A stretch of 64,000 nucleotides of DNA from an uncultured Rikenellaceae bacterium (GCA_964613785.1 CAZTJT010000023.1:1824-65823); one strand, 5' to 3'. Positions 10,001 to 19,053 are shown, numbered from the stretch's first letter. Translations and numbers: made by a program. The notes: generated from the sequence alone by a model not told the origin.

Positions 10001-10371
10001 ATAACATTGTCCCATCCTCCCCTGGGAGGCATATTCCCTACCGGATTGTACCAGGTAAGCTGTCGTGGCGATCCTCCTTCTGAAGGAATTATGAATACCT
10101 GCCTTGTGCCTGAATATTCACCTGAGAAAGCTATCCATTTTCCATCGGGAGAAATTTTTGGAAAAAGTTCGATTCCCAAATGAGATGTCAGCCGGCGGGC
10201 CTCTCCTCCCTTGGAATCTACCGTCCAGATATCTCCGGCATAAACAAAGGCAATTAAATTTTTATTAATATCGGGAAACCTCAGAAGTCGGGCTTCCTCA
10301 GCTGTTAAAATCCCAGATGAAAACATCAGGGCAGCAAAAATCAGTGAAATAATCATAATTTTTCTTTCCAT
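7084..10371 (-). CDS. Tricorn protease homolog (S41 family, PD40 propellers + PDZ)
   Basis: Signal peptide; RLLRFPDI, repeated FSPDG/WSPD propeller motifs, GHSY, GYIHVPNT, DDRYNGGG, SSSGGD, GTRTWGG. Confidence 0.93.
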   Translation of the reverse strand: MERKIMIISLIFAALMFSSGILTAEEARLLRFPDINKNLIAFVYAGDIWTVDSKGGEARRLTSHLGIELFPKISPDGKWIAFSGEYSGTRQVFIIPSEGGSPRQLTWYNPVGNMPPRGGWDNVILDWTPDSRQILIRANRTPFGERNGKYFLVSIDGGLEKPLQIVNGGFGVLSPDGSKLVFTPVDREFRNWKRYKGGRASNLWIYDLVNNTSEQITDFDGTDQLPTWAGDNIFFSSDRDLRLNIWKYNTKTKETQQVTRHTEYDVMWPSGNGDQLVYENGGFIYRLDLNTGQSERVSVNINYDNPNLVPYYKNVRENIHSFAVSPTGKRALFDARGDIFSVPAENGVTENLTQTQGIREIYPAWSPDARYISYYSDQTGEYELYFLENKKEAVPRQLTFNSSAWKYQPLWSPDSRYLIFSDRTLKLKMVEAATGKVTEIDNATGNEIRNYNFSPDSRWITYQKEGSNEKSAIWVYEIPTGKKQQVTDGTFTDDSPVFSLCGNYIFFASNRDFNLSFSDFDFDYIYNRATRLYAIPLSKKSPKIFKDKNDTEPVRQEEKAASPAAGSKKVKSKQAGSDTDSSAKKEVRVEIDFEDIRERITVLPGEAGDYRIVGAADDGLVFINNGKLMKFNLKDEKNEEILDKVMTASLTADGKMAIYRSGSDFGIIKLTPGQKAGSGKLNLDGLEMKIDPRKEWNQIYTDAWRIFRDYFYVENLHGVDWPEMKKRYGVLLPYVGHRADLDYILNEIVAESNTGHSYVDWGDFERVKRIENGLLGAELTPDVIAGRYQITKIYSGENWNPERRSPLTEQGVNIKEGDYLIAIDGKEITTAENPYVYLENKGGKLTEITVNSKPSSTGSRTFRLKPLTSELELMYFNWVNERRAMVDRLSGGKIGYIHVPNTSFEGNRELFHGMYTYFDKEALIIDDRYNGGGFIPDRMADLLDRHTLVYWHQNGLMPGKSPAIAHDGPKVMLINGYSSSGGDAFPYFFRKLGLGKLIGTRTWGGLVGISGNARLVDGGYVSVPRFGIFDRDEGWIIEGEGVYPDIEVVDRPEQLAAGIDPCIEKAVEVLLQELKDKPVKKVVVPPPPDRSKWRE

Positions 10372-10476
10372 GGCTGTTTGTTTATTTTTAGTAATAAATG
10401 GTAATTTTTTAAGGATTCGGGGAAGTCAGCCTGCATTTAAGACATTCATTTCTCCATTAATTCGAAAATCAGATTT

Positions 10477-10484
10477 CAAAATTA
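10477..10484 (-). promoter_or_regulatory. -7 box (TAATTTTG) for the tricorn protease gene
   Basis: TAnnTTTG match on the minus strand in the 10372-10528 intergenic gap. Confidence 0.4.
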
Positions 10485-10528
10485 CAATTTTTGTCTGTCA
10501 AGTTGGGGTGCAGGATTTTTAAACTCTT

Positions 10529-11824
10529 TCATTGTAGTTCACTAAGGCTTACTGTCGAACGCTTTCGGGTGAGAAGATGTATTATTACCCAGGCTGTAAG
10601 ATAGGTTAGACCGCAGATTGTGAAAAGCATATTGTAGCCGCCTGTAATATTCCCGGCAGCTTTATAGGTGTCGAGCAGATATCCAACTATGATGGGAAAA
10701 AGGATTCCTCCGACTGCTCCGGCCATCCCCGCAATTCCGACTACCGAGCTGACAGCTTCTGTAGGAAACATATCTGAGGCTATTGTAAAAACATTTGTGG
10801 CCCATGCCTGGTGGACCGCCACTGCCAGGCTGATTATTGTTACGGCCATCCATGCGGCTGTTGTATATTGTGCCAGCAAAATTGACAGTTCCATAACTGC
10901 AAATGCAAAGAGGGCAGTCTTCCTGGCTTTCATTACCGGCCATCCCTTTTTTATCAGGGCAGATGATATGTATCCACCCAGAATGCTCCCGATGGTGGTG
11001 GCGGTGTAAATGATTATTAGTTCGAGGCTGGGCCTTTTCAGATCGAGCTCATAGGTTGATGAGAAGTATGAAGGGAGCCAGAAAAGGAAGAACCAGAATA
11101 TGGGATCTATGAGCCCTTTCCCGGTTATAAGCGCCCAGGTCTGGGGAAAGGAAAACAGCTTGTACCATTTCAGCCCTGCCTTCGGTTTTTTTTCATTCAC
11201 CTGTCCGTTTACAATGTAATTTAGTTCTTCAGGCGAAAGACGTTTTTGCCTGGCCGGGAGGTCGTAGAATATCAGCCAGAATATAAGCCATACAAAACCT
11301 AATGCCCCGGTGATCCAGAACACTTCATGCCATGAAAAATGTCTTAATATCCATGGCACAATGAACAGGGCCATAACCACGCCCACTGCTGTTCCCGAAT
11401 TGAAGATCCCTGTGGCCAGTCCCCTTTCCTTTTTAGGGAACCATTCCGCGATTGATTTTACGCCAGCCGGGAAGTTTCCGGATTCCCCGAATCCAAGTGC
11501 AAACCTTGCCAGTCCGAACTGGAGGGCACTTCTTGCCAGGGCATGCAGCATCCCTGCAATGCTCCACAGGCTGATGATCACAGTGTAACCCAGTTTTGTC
11601 CCAATCCTGTCAATGAAACGGCCTATCACGAGCAGCCCTATTGCGTAGGCTGCAGTAAATGCCATGACAATATGGGCAAAATCGGTTTCTGACCAGCTGA
11701 ACTCAACTTCGAGGATCGGCTTGAGCAATCCGATGATCTGACGGTCTATATAATTAATTGTTGTTGCCAGAAAAAGTAAAGCAACTATTATCCAGCGATA
11801 ATTTCTGATCTTGAACTCCGACAT
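10529..11824 (-). CDS. exuT: MFS hexuronate/sugar-acid transporter (ACS family)
   Basis: RWIIVALLFLATTINYIDRQ, GESGNFP, WFPKKERGLATGIFNSG; ATG at 11824. Confidence 0.85.
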   Translation of the reverse strand: MSEFKIRNYRWIIVALLFLATTINYIDRQIIGLLKPILEVEFSWSETDFAHIVMAFTAAYAIGLLVIGRFIDRIGTKLGYTVIISLWSIAGMLHALARSALQFGLARFALGFGESGNFPAGVKSIAEWFPKKERGLATGIFNSGTAVGVVMALFIVPWILRHFSWHEVFWITGALGFVWLIFWLIFYDLPARQKRLSPEELNYIVNGQVNEKKPKAGLKWYKLFSFPQTWALITGKGLIDPIFWFFLFWLPSYFSSTYELDLKRPSLELIIIYTATTIGSILGGYISSALIKKGWPVMKARKTALFAFAVMELSILLAQYTTAAWMAVTIISLAVAVHQAWATNVFTIASDMFPTEAVSSVVGIAGMAGAVGGILFPIIVGYLLDTYKAAGNITGGYNMLFTICGLTYLTAWVIIHLLTRKRSTVSLSELQ

Positions 11825-11848
11825 CAAAGAAAAAATATTTTGTTATTA

Positions 11849-13135
11849 CTACCAGTCGACCACCGAGCCGTCATCCGGATCATACCGTACATTGTAAGGT
11901 GCCGGCTCGCCTACCTGTGAAAGAAGCTTTTCTTCATCAATTGTGATACCAAGTCCGGGATCGGTAAGCAATGGTCTGTATCCGTCTTTTATTGGGGGCA
12001 ATGGTTTGGCGAGCAGGTCTGAGTACTCATTATCACCCCTTTCCTGGATCAGGAAATTCGGTATGCATGCAGCCACCTGGTAACTGGCGGCAAGAGAACA
12101 GGGTCCCTGGGGATTGTGTGGTGCAACCGGGGTATAATATGCCTCAGCCATTCCTGCTATTATTCTCATTTCGGTAATTCCTCCTGCATAGCATACATCG
12201 GGTTGAATTATTGTCGCGGCGCGTTTTTCAAGTATTTCCCTGAATCCCCACTTTGTAAAGATACGCTCACCGGTTGCAATCGGGATATGCGTTTTTCTTG
12301 CAAGTTCCGCCATCACATCAACGTTGAGTGCCTGAACGATCTCCTCGTAAAACCATGGATTATACGGTTCCAGTGCTTTCATGAGCAGAAGGGCGGTGGG
12401 CGGTTGAACAGCTCCATGAAAGTCAACGGCAATATCGACTCCGTTACCGACTTTATCACGAAGGGCCCTGAATCTTTCTACTACTTCATCTACAAATTTC
12501 TGTCCCTCTATGTATTTTATTGCTTGCCGCTGTCCACCTGTCGGCCCTACCTTTATCGCATTAATGCCTTTTTTGGGGTCAAGAGTACCGTACACCCTTA
12601 TCCTGTCGCGTGTGGGACCTCCAAGCAGCCTGTAAACCGGAACACCGAATGCTTTACCGGTTATATCCCAAAGTGCCTGGTCAATACCACTGAGGATCGC
12701 AGTTTTAATCGGACCCCCACGGTAAAAAGATCCCCGATGAATAGCCTGCCAGTGATGAGCAACCCTGAGAGGATCTTTACCAATGAGATAATTGCCCACT
12801 TCCAAGGCTCCGGCAGCACATGCTTTGGCATCGTCCTTAAGCATCTCGCCCCATCCGGTGATACCCGCATCAGTAGATATTTTAACAAATACCCATGTGT
12901 TTTTCAACACGAAAGTCTCAATCTTCGTCACCTTGATATTGTCTTTTGGTCCGATCATCGCTAAATCACTTCGTGAGGAAAATTCATCTTTTGAAGAACT
13001 GTTTCCGGATACCTCAACAAAAGGAGCAGCACTGCCTGTAAGAGCTGCAGCTGCAATTACCTGTCCGGAAGTTTTGAAAAAATTACGCCTGGACTTTATG
13101 GAACCAGGATTAGTATCTTCCAAATTGCTTTTCAT
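11849..13135 (-). CDS. dgoD: Galactonate dehydratase-like enolase-superfamily enzyme with a twin-arginine leader
   Basis: SRRNFFK leader; ITGWGE, FYRGG, SGIDQALWDI, DFHG, FYEE, ATGER, QPD, PHNP, IQE. The exact substrate is not provable from sequence. Confidence 0.8.
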   Translation of the reverse strand: MKSNLEDTNPGSIKSRRNFFKTSGQVIAAAALTGSAAPFVEVSGNSSSKDEFSSRSDLAMIGPKDNIKVTKIETFVLKNTWVFVKISTDAGITGWGEMLKDDAKACAAGALEVGNYLIGKDPLRVAHHWQAIHRGSFYRGGPIKTAILSGIDQALWDITGKAFGVPVYRLLGGPTRDRIRVYGTLDPKKGINAIKVGPTGGQRQAIKYIEGQKFVDEVVERFRALRDKVGNGVDIAVDFHGAVQPPTALLLMKALEPYNPWFYEEIVQALNVDVMAELARKTHIPIATGERIFTKWGFREILEKRAATIIQPDVCYAGGITEMRIIAGMAEAYYTPVAPHNPQGPCSLAASYQVAACIPNFLIQERGDNEYSDLLAKPLPPIKDGYRPLLTDPGLGITIDEEKLLSQVGEPAPYNVRYDPDDGSVVDW

Positions 13136-13148
13136 TGTATAATAATTA

Positions 13149-13156
13149 CAAATTTA
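13149..13156 (-). promoter_or_regulatory. -7 box (TAAATTTG) for the dgoD-like/exuT operon
   Basis: TAnnTTTG on the minus strand 13 nt before the start codon. Confidence 0.4.
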
Positions 13157-13321
13157 ATAATGGCGAAATCTCCTTGCCAGGACTTGAATCAGGCAATTGT
13201 TCAACTCAAGGGCAGAGCGTCGGTAAATGTACATATTCCTTGTGGGATAATAAATACGAAAACTACGAGGAAGAATGAAAATAATATGTCAATGTTATGC
13301 CGGTTGTATTTCTTCCGTAAA

Positions 13322-13564
13322 TCATATATAGGCAAACCATCTGTCAGCTTCGAGATCATGTTTCAGGATAAACTGTTTTCCCGTAAATGTAATTACCTTA
13401 AAGTAATCAGCCGGAGGAAACTCCGGATTGGCTTCTCCCTGATACCATCTGTCTGATATGCCGGTAATTAAATGAAGCTCTTCGTTCAGGTAAAAGAATT
13501 TTGGATATTCATCAGCTTTATAACCTGAATAACATTCCACTTTGATAGGAATAGTTTTTGCCAT
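13322..13564 (-). CDS. Small conserved hypothetical protein (resembles DUF6504-type proteins)
   Basis: 80 aa, VECYSGYKADEYP...DRWY...YFKV...FILKHD...W pattern, AT-rich start context. Confidence 0.65.
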   Translation of the reverse strand: MAKTIPIKVECYSGYKADEYPKFFYLNEELHLITGISDRWYQGEANPEFPPADYFKVITFTGKQFILKHDLEADRWFAYI

Positions 13565-13777
13565 TTTAATATGACCTTATTAGTGCTGAAATCTATTGAT
13601 AAAAGCTAAAATACTGATACGGAATTTTGATCAAATATAAACAATAAATGACTGAAAATCAATAATTATTGCTATATAAATAAGACTGACGACAGATTGC
13701 AGTAATTTTTATTTCTAAAGAATCTTAAGCTGCACGACTGAAATGAATAATATTATAATTTTATAGAAAAAGCTGAA

Positions 13778-15745
13778 ATGAAATACAGAATCATATTCCA
13801 AAAAAAGTTTATCATTTTTCTAATCACAATGATTATTCCCTTTTCCAGCGGAATACTGAAATCACAGATGGCTGTAGTCCCCGGTGATTTTATCATTGAA
13901 CCTGCCACCCTGACCAGTCTTGGATTTGAATGGCATATTACAGGTGATGATAACCGTGATGCCAGAGTGAAAACGGAATACCGTCCTGCGGGGGAGAAAA
14001 AATGGACAGGGGCACTGCCTCTTCTCAGGATAGGCGGAGAACTCGTCGGACGGGAAACAGAGCATCTTGAATATAAGGTGCCTCATATGTTCGCAGGAAG
14101 TATTATTGACCTGCTGCCTGATACCGAGTACGAATGCCGTTTCACAATGGAAGACGATGACGGAAAAATCAGGGAGGTGAAAACCATAAAGGTCAGGACA
14201 AGGCCTGAACCAAAAGCATACACAGGAGGGAGAGTCCTCCATGTTTATCCTGCAAAATGGAAGGGTGAGAAAAAGGAGCCGTCATTTACCACCCTGCAGG
14301 GAGCCTATTATGGTTCCGGAACCGGCGACTGGTCAGTGGTAAGGGAAAGGACCATTAAACCGGGCGACATCATAGAAGTTCATGCAGGGCTTTATGAGGC
14401 TGATCGCTTCGATTATGTAAATCCTGAAGGAGTGCCGTTTTATGGCACATATTTCCTTACAGTAAAGGCCTCTGAGGCTGCACCGGTTGTAATACGAGCC
14501 GCTGGTGACGGAGAGGTGATCTTTGACGGTGCCGGGGCTCATGTACTCTTTGACGTTTCGGCAACTGAAAACCATATTTTTGAAGGGCTGACAATCCGGA
14601 ATGCCGATATCGCATTTTATGCTGGAAATAAAAACATAAACGGTGCGGTAAACCTTACGGTAAAGAATTGCAGGATGGAAAATGTTGGAGAAGGAATTAT
14701 CACAGAGTATGCTGGATCGAGGAACTTTTATATTGCCGACAATGTCATTATAGGGCGTGATGACCGTTATCGGTTGCTAGGATGGGCTAATACCTCAAAT
14801 ATTTATGGGGTTAACAAAATGTACAGCTATATAGGAATTAAGATATGCGGATCAGGTCATACTGTGTGTCACAATGCGATTGCCTTTTTTCACGATGGGA
14901 TAGCAGTGTCAACTTACGGGACACCGGAAGCTCAACAGGATTTCCGTTCGGTTGCGATTGACATTTACAACAATGATCTACATCTTATGGCTGATGATTT
15001 TATTGAAGCCGATGGAGGCGTTCACAATATAAGGGTTATGCGTAACCGCTGCGTAAATGCTGCCCAATGCGGCCTGAGTGCCCAGCCTGTCTTTGGCGGG
15101 CCTGCCTATTTCATCAGGAACCTTGTTTACCACGTACCGGTGGGTATCGCGCTGAAATTCATGGCAAAGCCGGCTGGCCTCTACGTTCTGCATAACACTT
15201 TCATTGCAGAAAATGCTAATTCACAGCTGTATTCCAATTCTCATTTCAGGAACAATCTGTTTATGGGAACAGGCGTTAAGGGAAGGCCTGTTGCAGTGTT
15301 CCCTTTTGCAACAAGCTATTCAACATCCGATTTCAACGGGTATCACCGTAATCCCGGTGAGAACAGCTATCGTTGGGTTGCACCATCTGCCGGACAGTTA
15401 ACAGATTATTCGATCACCATTTCGAAAGACGGAAAAAGTTTCAGCGACCTTAAAAGCCTTTCTGAAAGTACAGGCCTTGAAAAAAACAGCATTGAAACAG
15501 ACTATGATATTTTTAAAAATCTTCTGCCACCAGATCCCCTGAAGCCTAGCCTGGTATACCATGCAGTGGATCTGGATTTCACCCTGAAATCAGGATCCCC
15601 GGCAGTCGACGCAGGAACATTATTGCCAAATATTAATGATGGCTTTTCCGGAAAGGCTCCTGACCTGGGTGCATTGGAATCGGGAATGACCGAACCTGTT
15701 TATGGCCCGAGAGGCAATATCAGAAACAAGCCATTTTACAGATAA
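13778..15745 (+). CDS. Secreted right-handed parallel beta-helix protein with an N-terminal Fn3-like domain
   Basis: Signal peptide; EPATLTSLGFEW...GSIIDLLPDTEYE Fn3; PGDIIEVHAG, repeated I.NN/YNN stacks; C-terminal DFTLKSGSPAVDAG...PDLGALE. Confidence 0.8.
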   Translation: MKYRIIFQKKFIIFLITMIIPFSSGILKSQMAVVPGDFIIEPATLTSLGFEWHITGDDNRDARVKTEYRPAGEKKWTGALPLLRIGGELVGRETEHLEYKVPHMFAGSIIDLLPDTEYECRFTMEDDDGKIREVKTIKVRTRPEPKAYTGGRVLHVYPAKWKGEKKEPSFTTLQGAYYGSGTGDWSVVRERTIKPGDIIEVHAGLYEADRFDYVNPEGVPFYGTYFLTVKASEAAPVVIRAAGDGEVIFDGAGAHVLFDVSATENHIFEGLTIRNADIAFYAGNKNINGAVNLTVKNCRMENVGEGIITEYAGSRNFYIADNVIIGRDDRYRLLGWANTSNIYGVNKMYSYIGIKICGSGHTVCHNAIAFFHDGIAVSTYGTPEAQQDFRSVAIDIYNNDLHLMADDFIEADGGVHNIRVMRNRCVNAAQCGLSAQPVFGGPAYFIRNLVYHVPVGIALKFMAKPAGLYVLHNTFIAENANSQLYSNSHFRNNLFMGTGVKGRPVAVFPFATSYSTSDFNGYHRNPGENSYRWVAPSAGQLTDYSITISKDGKSFSDLKSLSESTGLEKNSIETDYDIFKNLLPPDPLKPSLVYHAVDLDFTLKSGSPAVDAGTLLPNINDGFSGKAPDLGALESGMTEPVYGPRGNIRNKPFYR

Positions 15746-15753
15746 TTAAAGAG

Positions 15754-16521
15754 TTATGATATAATGAAATAATTGTCGTGCCCGGGTACTATAATATCTG
15801 AAATCATGTTTATTTTTTCCATGGTAATTCTGGATTGCTCCATATCGGCAACGTTGTAGTACATTCTCCTTTCTTCCCAGTAATCTTTGGTAGCCACAGC
15901 ATCACCTGCAACAAGAACCGAAAATCCATCACAATCAAACCGCAGACTGTAATGATCATAAGTATGCCCTGGAGTATGGATTACATCTATTGTGCCCATA
16001 AGACGTGCATCAGCCGGTTCAAATCTTTTGGAATATAGGTTAGACTCATTAAGGGCTTTGGCAACTTCCGGTCCAGCAATCCAACTAGCATTCATGAAAT
16101 ACCTGATACCAAAAAGGTGATCATCATGCCTGTGGGTTATAAACACTGTATCAATCTCCCCGATTGTAAGGCCGGTTCTCCGGTCAAGTTCAGCAGCCAT
16201 TGAATCTTTATCCTTTAGTGAAGGATCCACCAGTATATGAAAGTTTTTACCGGAAATCACAGTACATGTGCATATTGCGCTCCGGAGAGGCTTTTCATCG
16301 CTTTCACCCCAGTATCTGTTCCTTGAGAGATTTCCTATAGTAATTACATCCCAACGGATGACTCCGGAACCAGGATTTCCTTTCAGTTTTAACACCTTGC
16401 CGGACATATCCTGTTGAATTTCAGTAGAGTAGGGGAATATCATGCCTCTAAGGTCCATGCTTACCAAAGCGAAAGCACTTCCCAGTAAACCTATGAACCG
16501 GCGTCGCTCGTTTTTTTTCAC
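15754..16521 (-). CDS. MBL-fold metallo-hydrolase with a twin-arginine leader
   Basis: GTG start overlapping the AKR stop; ERRRFIG leader; THRHDDH, TPGHT, AGDA, PGHD. Confidence 0.88.
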   Translation of the reverse strand: MKKNERRRFIGLLGSAFALVSMDLRGMIFPYSTEIQQDMSGKVLKLKGNPGSGVIRWDVITIGNLSRNRYWGESDEKPLRSAICTCTVISGKNFHILVDPSLKDKDSMAAELDRRTGLTIGEIDTVFITHRHDDHLFGIRYFMNASWIAGPEVAKALNESNLYSKRFEPADARLMGTIDVIHTPGHTYDHYSLRFDCDGFSVLVAGDAVATKDYWEERRMYYNVADMEQSRITMEKINMISDIIVPGHDNYFIIS

Positions 16522-17486
16522 GTCATCAGATTTTCAAGGGTTAACTGTTCTTCTTTTGTAAGAGGCTTCATATCGCGGGCTGCAGCCAGATTTATCTCCA
16601 GTTCCTTCAGTGATTTCATCCCGATAACTGCGCAGGATACCTGAAGTCCAAGCACATACCTTACGAGGGTAGCAGCGTCTGCCTGCTGCCGGCATTCATC
16701 CCAGTACCAGTTACCGTTTACATTCACAGGTGGATTGCCTGCTGCCAGGGCACCGCCCCCGCCTCCCATAACCTTCATGGCAATGATCCCCATATTTTTT
16801 TTCAGAGCATTTTGCAATACTGATTCTCTGTAAAGTTTGCGCCGGGCAACAGGATTGAAAGTAGTCAGTATGGTGTCAAATTCATACATGTCTATGGCTC
16901 GGTTCATTGCATCGGCCGATTCATGTCCTGTAACACCAATAAACCTGATTACTTTCTCATCACGAAGTTTTTGAAATGCTTTCATAACTCCGTCAGGCTT
17001 ACCCCAGAGTGTAATATCTTCCTTCTCTGTTACACTATGCAACTGATAAAGGTCAATATGGTCTGTCTGCAATCGTTTCAGGCTGCCTTCAATATCCTTC
17101 ATGGCGCCGTCATAAGTCCTTTGCAGGGTTTTTGAGGTAAGAAATACTTCATTTCTTCTGGTAGCAAGAACTTCCCCGTAGTTCAACTCCGACTGTCCGT
17201 TTGAGTAGGATGCTGCGGTATCGAAGTATGTTATTCCTGAATCCAGGGCGGCAATTGCAAGTTCGGCAGGATGGAATTCTTTTGTGGGTAAAAGTCCCAT
17301 ACCTGAAACACCTCCCAATGCAAGTACCGGCACCTCTACTCCGGTCTTGCCCAGAATTCTCTTCGGGATATTTGATTTTTTTATGAGCGGGGAAAGTCCC
17401 TTAGCTTCTTCTAAACCAAATGGCAACCCGGCAGATCCGGCAATTGATATCGTTGCCAGAGTTCCCATAAACTCGCGCCTGTTCAT
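16518..17486 (-). CDS. Aldo/keto reductase with a twin-arginine leader
   Basis: MNRREFMG; RILGKTG, FDTAASY (Asp/Tyr), TSKT (Lys), LYQLH (His), IGVTGH, AMKVMG. Confidence 0.9.
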   Translation of the reverse strand: MNRREFMGTLATISIAGSAGLPFGLEEAKGLSPLIKKSNIPKRILGKTGVEVPVLALGGVSGMGLLPTKEFHPAELAIAALDSGITYFDTAASYSNGQSELNYGEVLATRRNEVFLTSKTLQRTYDGAMKDIEGSLKRLQTDHIDLYQLHSVTEKEDITLWGKPDGVMKAFQKLRDEKVIRFIGVTGHESADAMNRAIDMYEFDTILTTFNPVARRKLYRESVLQNALKKNMGIIAMKVMGGGGGALAAGNPPVNVNGNWYWDECRQQADAATLVRYVLGLQVSCAVIGMKSLKELEINLAAARDMKPLTKEEQLTLENLMT

Positions 17487-17677
17487 AGTAATGGAAATTT
17501 AATGATCTCTAATTTAAATCAATTAAACGGATATGTGAGTAACCTGGTCAGGATTTTACTTAATTTGAGTCCACTAAAATTTAAATATCGTTCTTCGAAA
17601 TCATGAATGAATCATGGTTGCGGATTTTTTTTGGAGTGTGACGATTTGGATTAAAGATGAATTCTGCAAACCTCCTT

Positions 17678-17752
17678 GCCCTGACAGGGGTATGATTTTA
17701 ATAACCTCCGTTTGTCACCTGGGGTTATTCACATCCAGCTCTTGCAGAGCTG
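17678..17752 (+). repeat. Degenerate copy of the REP-like unit seen at 2530-2800
   Basis: GCCCTGACAGGGG...ATAACCTCCGTTTGTCACCTGGGGTTATTCACATCCAGCTCTTGCAGAGCTG aligns with the reverse complement of 2743-2773 and with GCCCTGAAAGGGCG (reverse complement near 2535). Confidence 0.7.
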
Positions 17753-17844
17753 TGCAAATAGGTTAAATCTGTACGGCATTGAATTATTGCATCCGATTTT
17801 TATTAATTTGCAAAAACCAGGTTAACACTTTAATAATATTTGAT

Positions 17845-19053
17845 ATGCAATTTAAAAACACTATCAGTTATTTTACAATATTGTCTCTAATGCTTCTTCC
17901 GGTTCCGGTAAAGGGACAATCGGGAGACAATATCAGGGTTCTGGCATATTACCTTGGTAGGCCCGAGCCATTGGACAATTACGACGTGAACAAGATGACT
18001 CACATTATTTTCTGTTTTGGACAACTTGAGGGGAACAGGTTTAAGATAACAGGATCCGATTCGGCAATCATAAGGAAAATGATCTCCTTAAAACAGAAGA
18101 ATCCTCAACTGAAGGTCCTGATTTCCCTGGGCGGCGGAAGGGGATGCAAAACGTGTTCTGAAGCATTTGCCACGGAAGAAGGAAGGACAGAATTTGCAAA
18201 GTCAATAAAGGAATTCCACAATTACTTTGGTACCGATGGTTTGGATCTTGACTGGGAATTCCCGAATATAGAGCATTTTCCGGGGCAAAAATACTCACCA
18301 GCCGACAAGAAGAACTTTACAAAACTTGTCAGGACCATCAGGAAATATAATCCTCAACATGAGCTGAGCTTTGCTGCAGGCGCCCACGAAGGGATTTTCG
18401 AAGAGGTGGTGGAGTGGAAAAAGATTATGAAAAAAATGGATTACGTAAATATCATGACCTATGATATAGGAAGTTATCAGAACCGGCCCAAAATGCCTAA
18501 ATACCGTCATTTGTCACTTGGAAGTGATTCAAGGAATACGGCTCATCATACGGCTCTCTATTCCACTCCTGATCAGTTGCATTCTGTTCCGGGTTCATAC
18601 AGTCAGTTCTCTACCCCCGGCCAGGAAAGGTCAGTTGATTTCTGTGTCAGATATCTTTTAAAGCTGGGTATACCTGCCAGTAAGCTGGTAATAGGAGCAG
18701 CATTTTACGGAAGAATATATGAAAATGTGGAGAATCTGAACAATGGATTATATCAGTCCGGCAAATACAAAGGAACGGTTCCTTTTAAGGATCTTTATTC
18801 CCGGTTTCCTGCTGACAGCGGTTATATTTATCATTGGGATGATATTGCAAATGCACCCTATATCTATAATCCCGGAAATGGGATATTCATCACATTCGAC
18901 GATAAAAGATCCGTTGCACTTAAAACCAGGTATGCAATTGACAATAAGCTGGGAGGGATTATGTTCTGGCAGCTTGGCAATGATGCATTTTCAGACGGAT
19001 TGCTCGACACTATCGACAGGGTAAAGAAAGGGGAGCCCATACAACCGGAATGA
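17845..19053 (+). CDS. GH18 chitinase-type glycoside hydrolase
   Basis: ATG 17845 (MQFKNT signal) preferred; THIIFCF, LISLGG, catalytic DGLDLDWE, NIMTYD, KLVIGAAFYG, GGIMFWQL. Confidence 0.92.
   Translation: MQFKNTISYFTILSLMLLPVPVKGQSGDNIRVLAYYLGRPEPLDNYDVNKMTHIIFCFGQLEGNRFKITGSDSAIIRKMISLKQKNPQLKVLISLGGGRGCKTCSEAFATEEGRTEFAKSIKEFHNYFGTDGLDLDWEFPNIEHFPGQKYSPADKKNFTKLVRTIRKYNPQHELSFAAGAHEGIFEEVVEWKKIMKKMDYVNIMTYDIGSYQNRPKMPKYRHLSLGSDSRNTAHHTALYSTPDQLHSVPGSYSQFSTPGQERSVDFCVRYLLKLGIPASKLVIGAAFYGRIYENVENLNNGLYQSGKYKGTVPFKDLYSRFPADSGYIYHWDDIANAPYIYNPGNGIFITFDDKRSVALKTRYAIDNKLGGIMFWQLGNDAFSDGLLDTIDRVKKGEPIQPE

Noticed and set aside
12116-12964. 282-aa plus-strand ORF
   Set aside because: Antisense shadow of the dehydratase gene.
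13160-13456. 98-aa plus-strand ORF
   Set aside because: Overlaps the better-supported 80-aa minus-strand gene and the dehydratase promoter region; no motifs.
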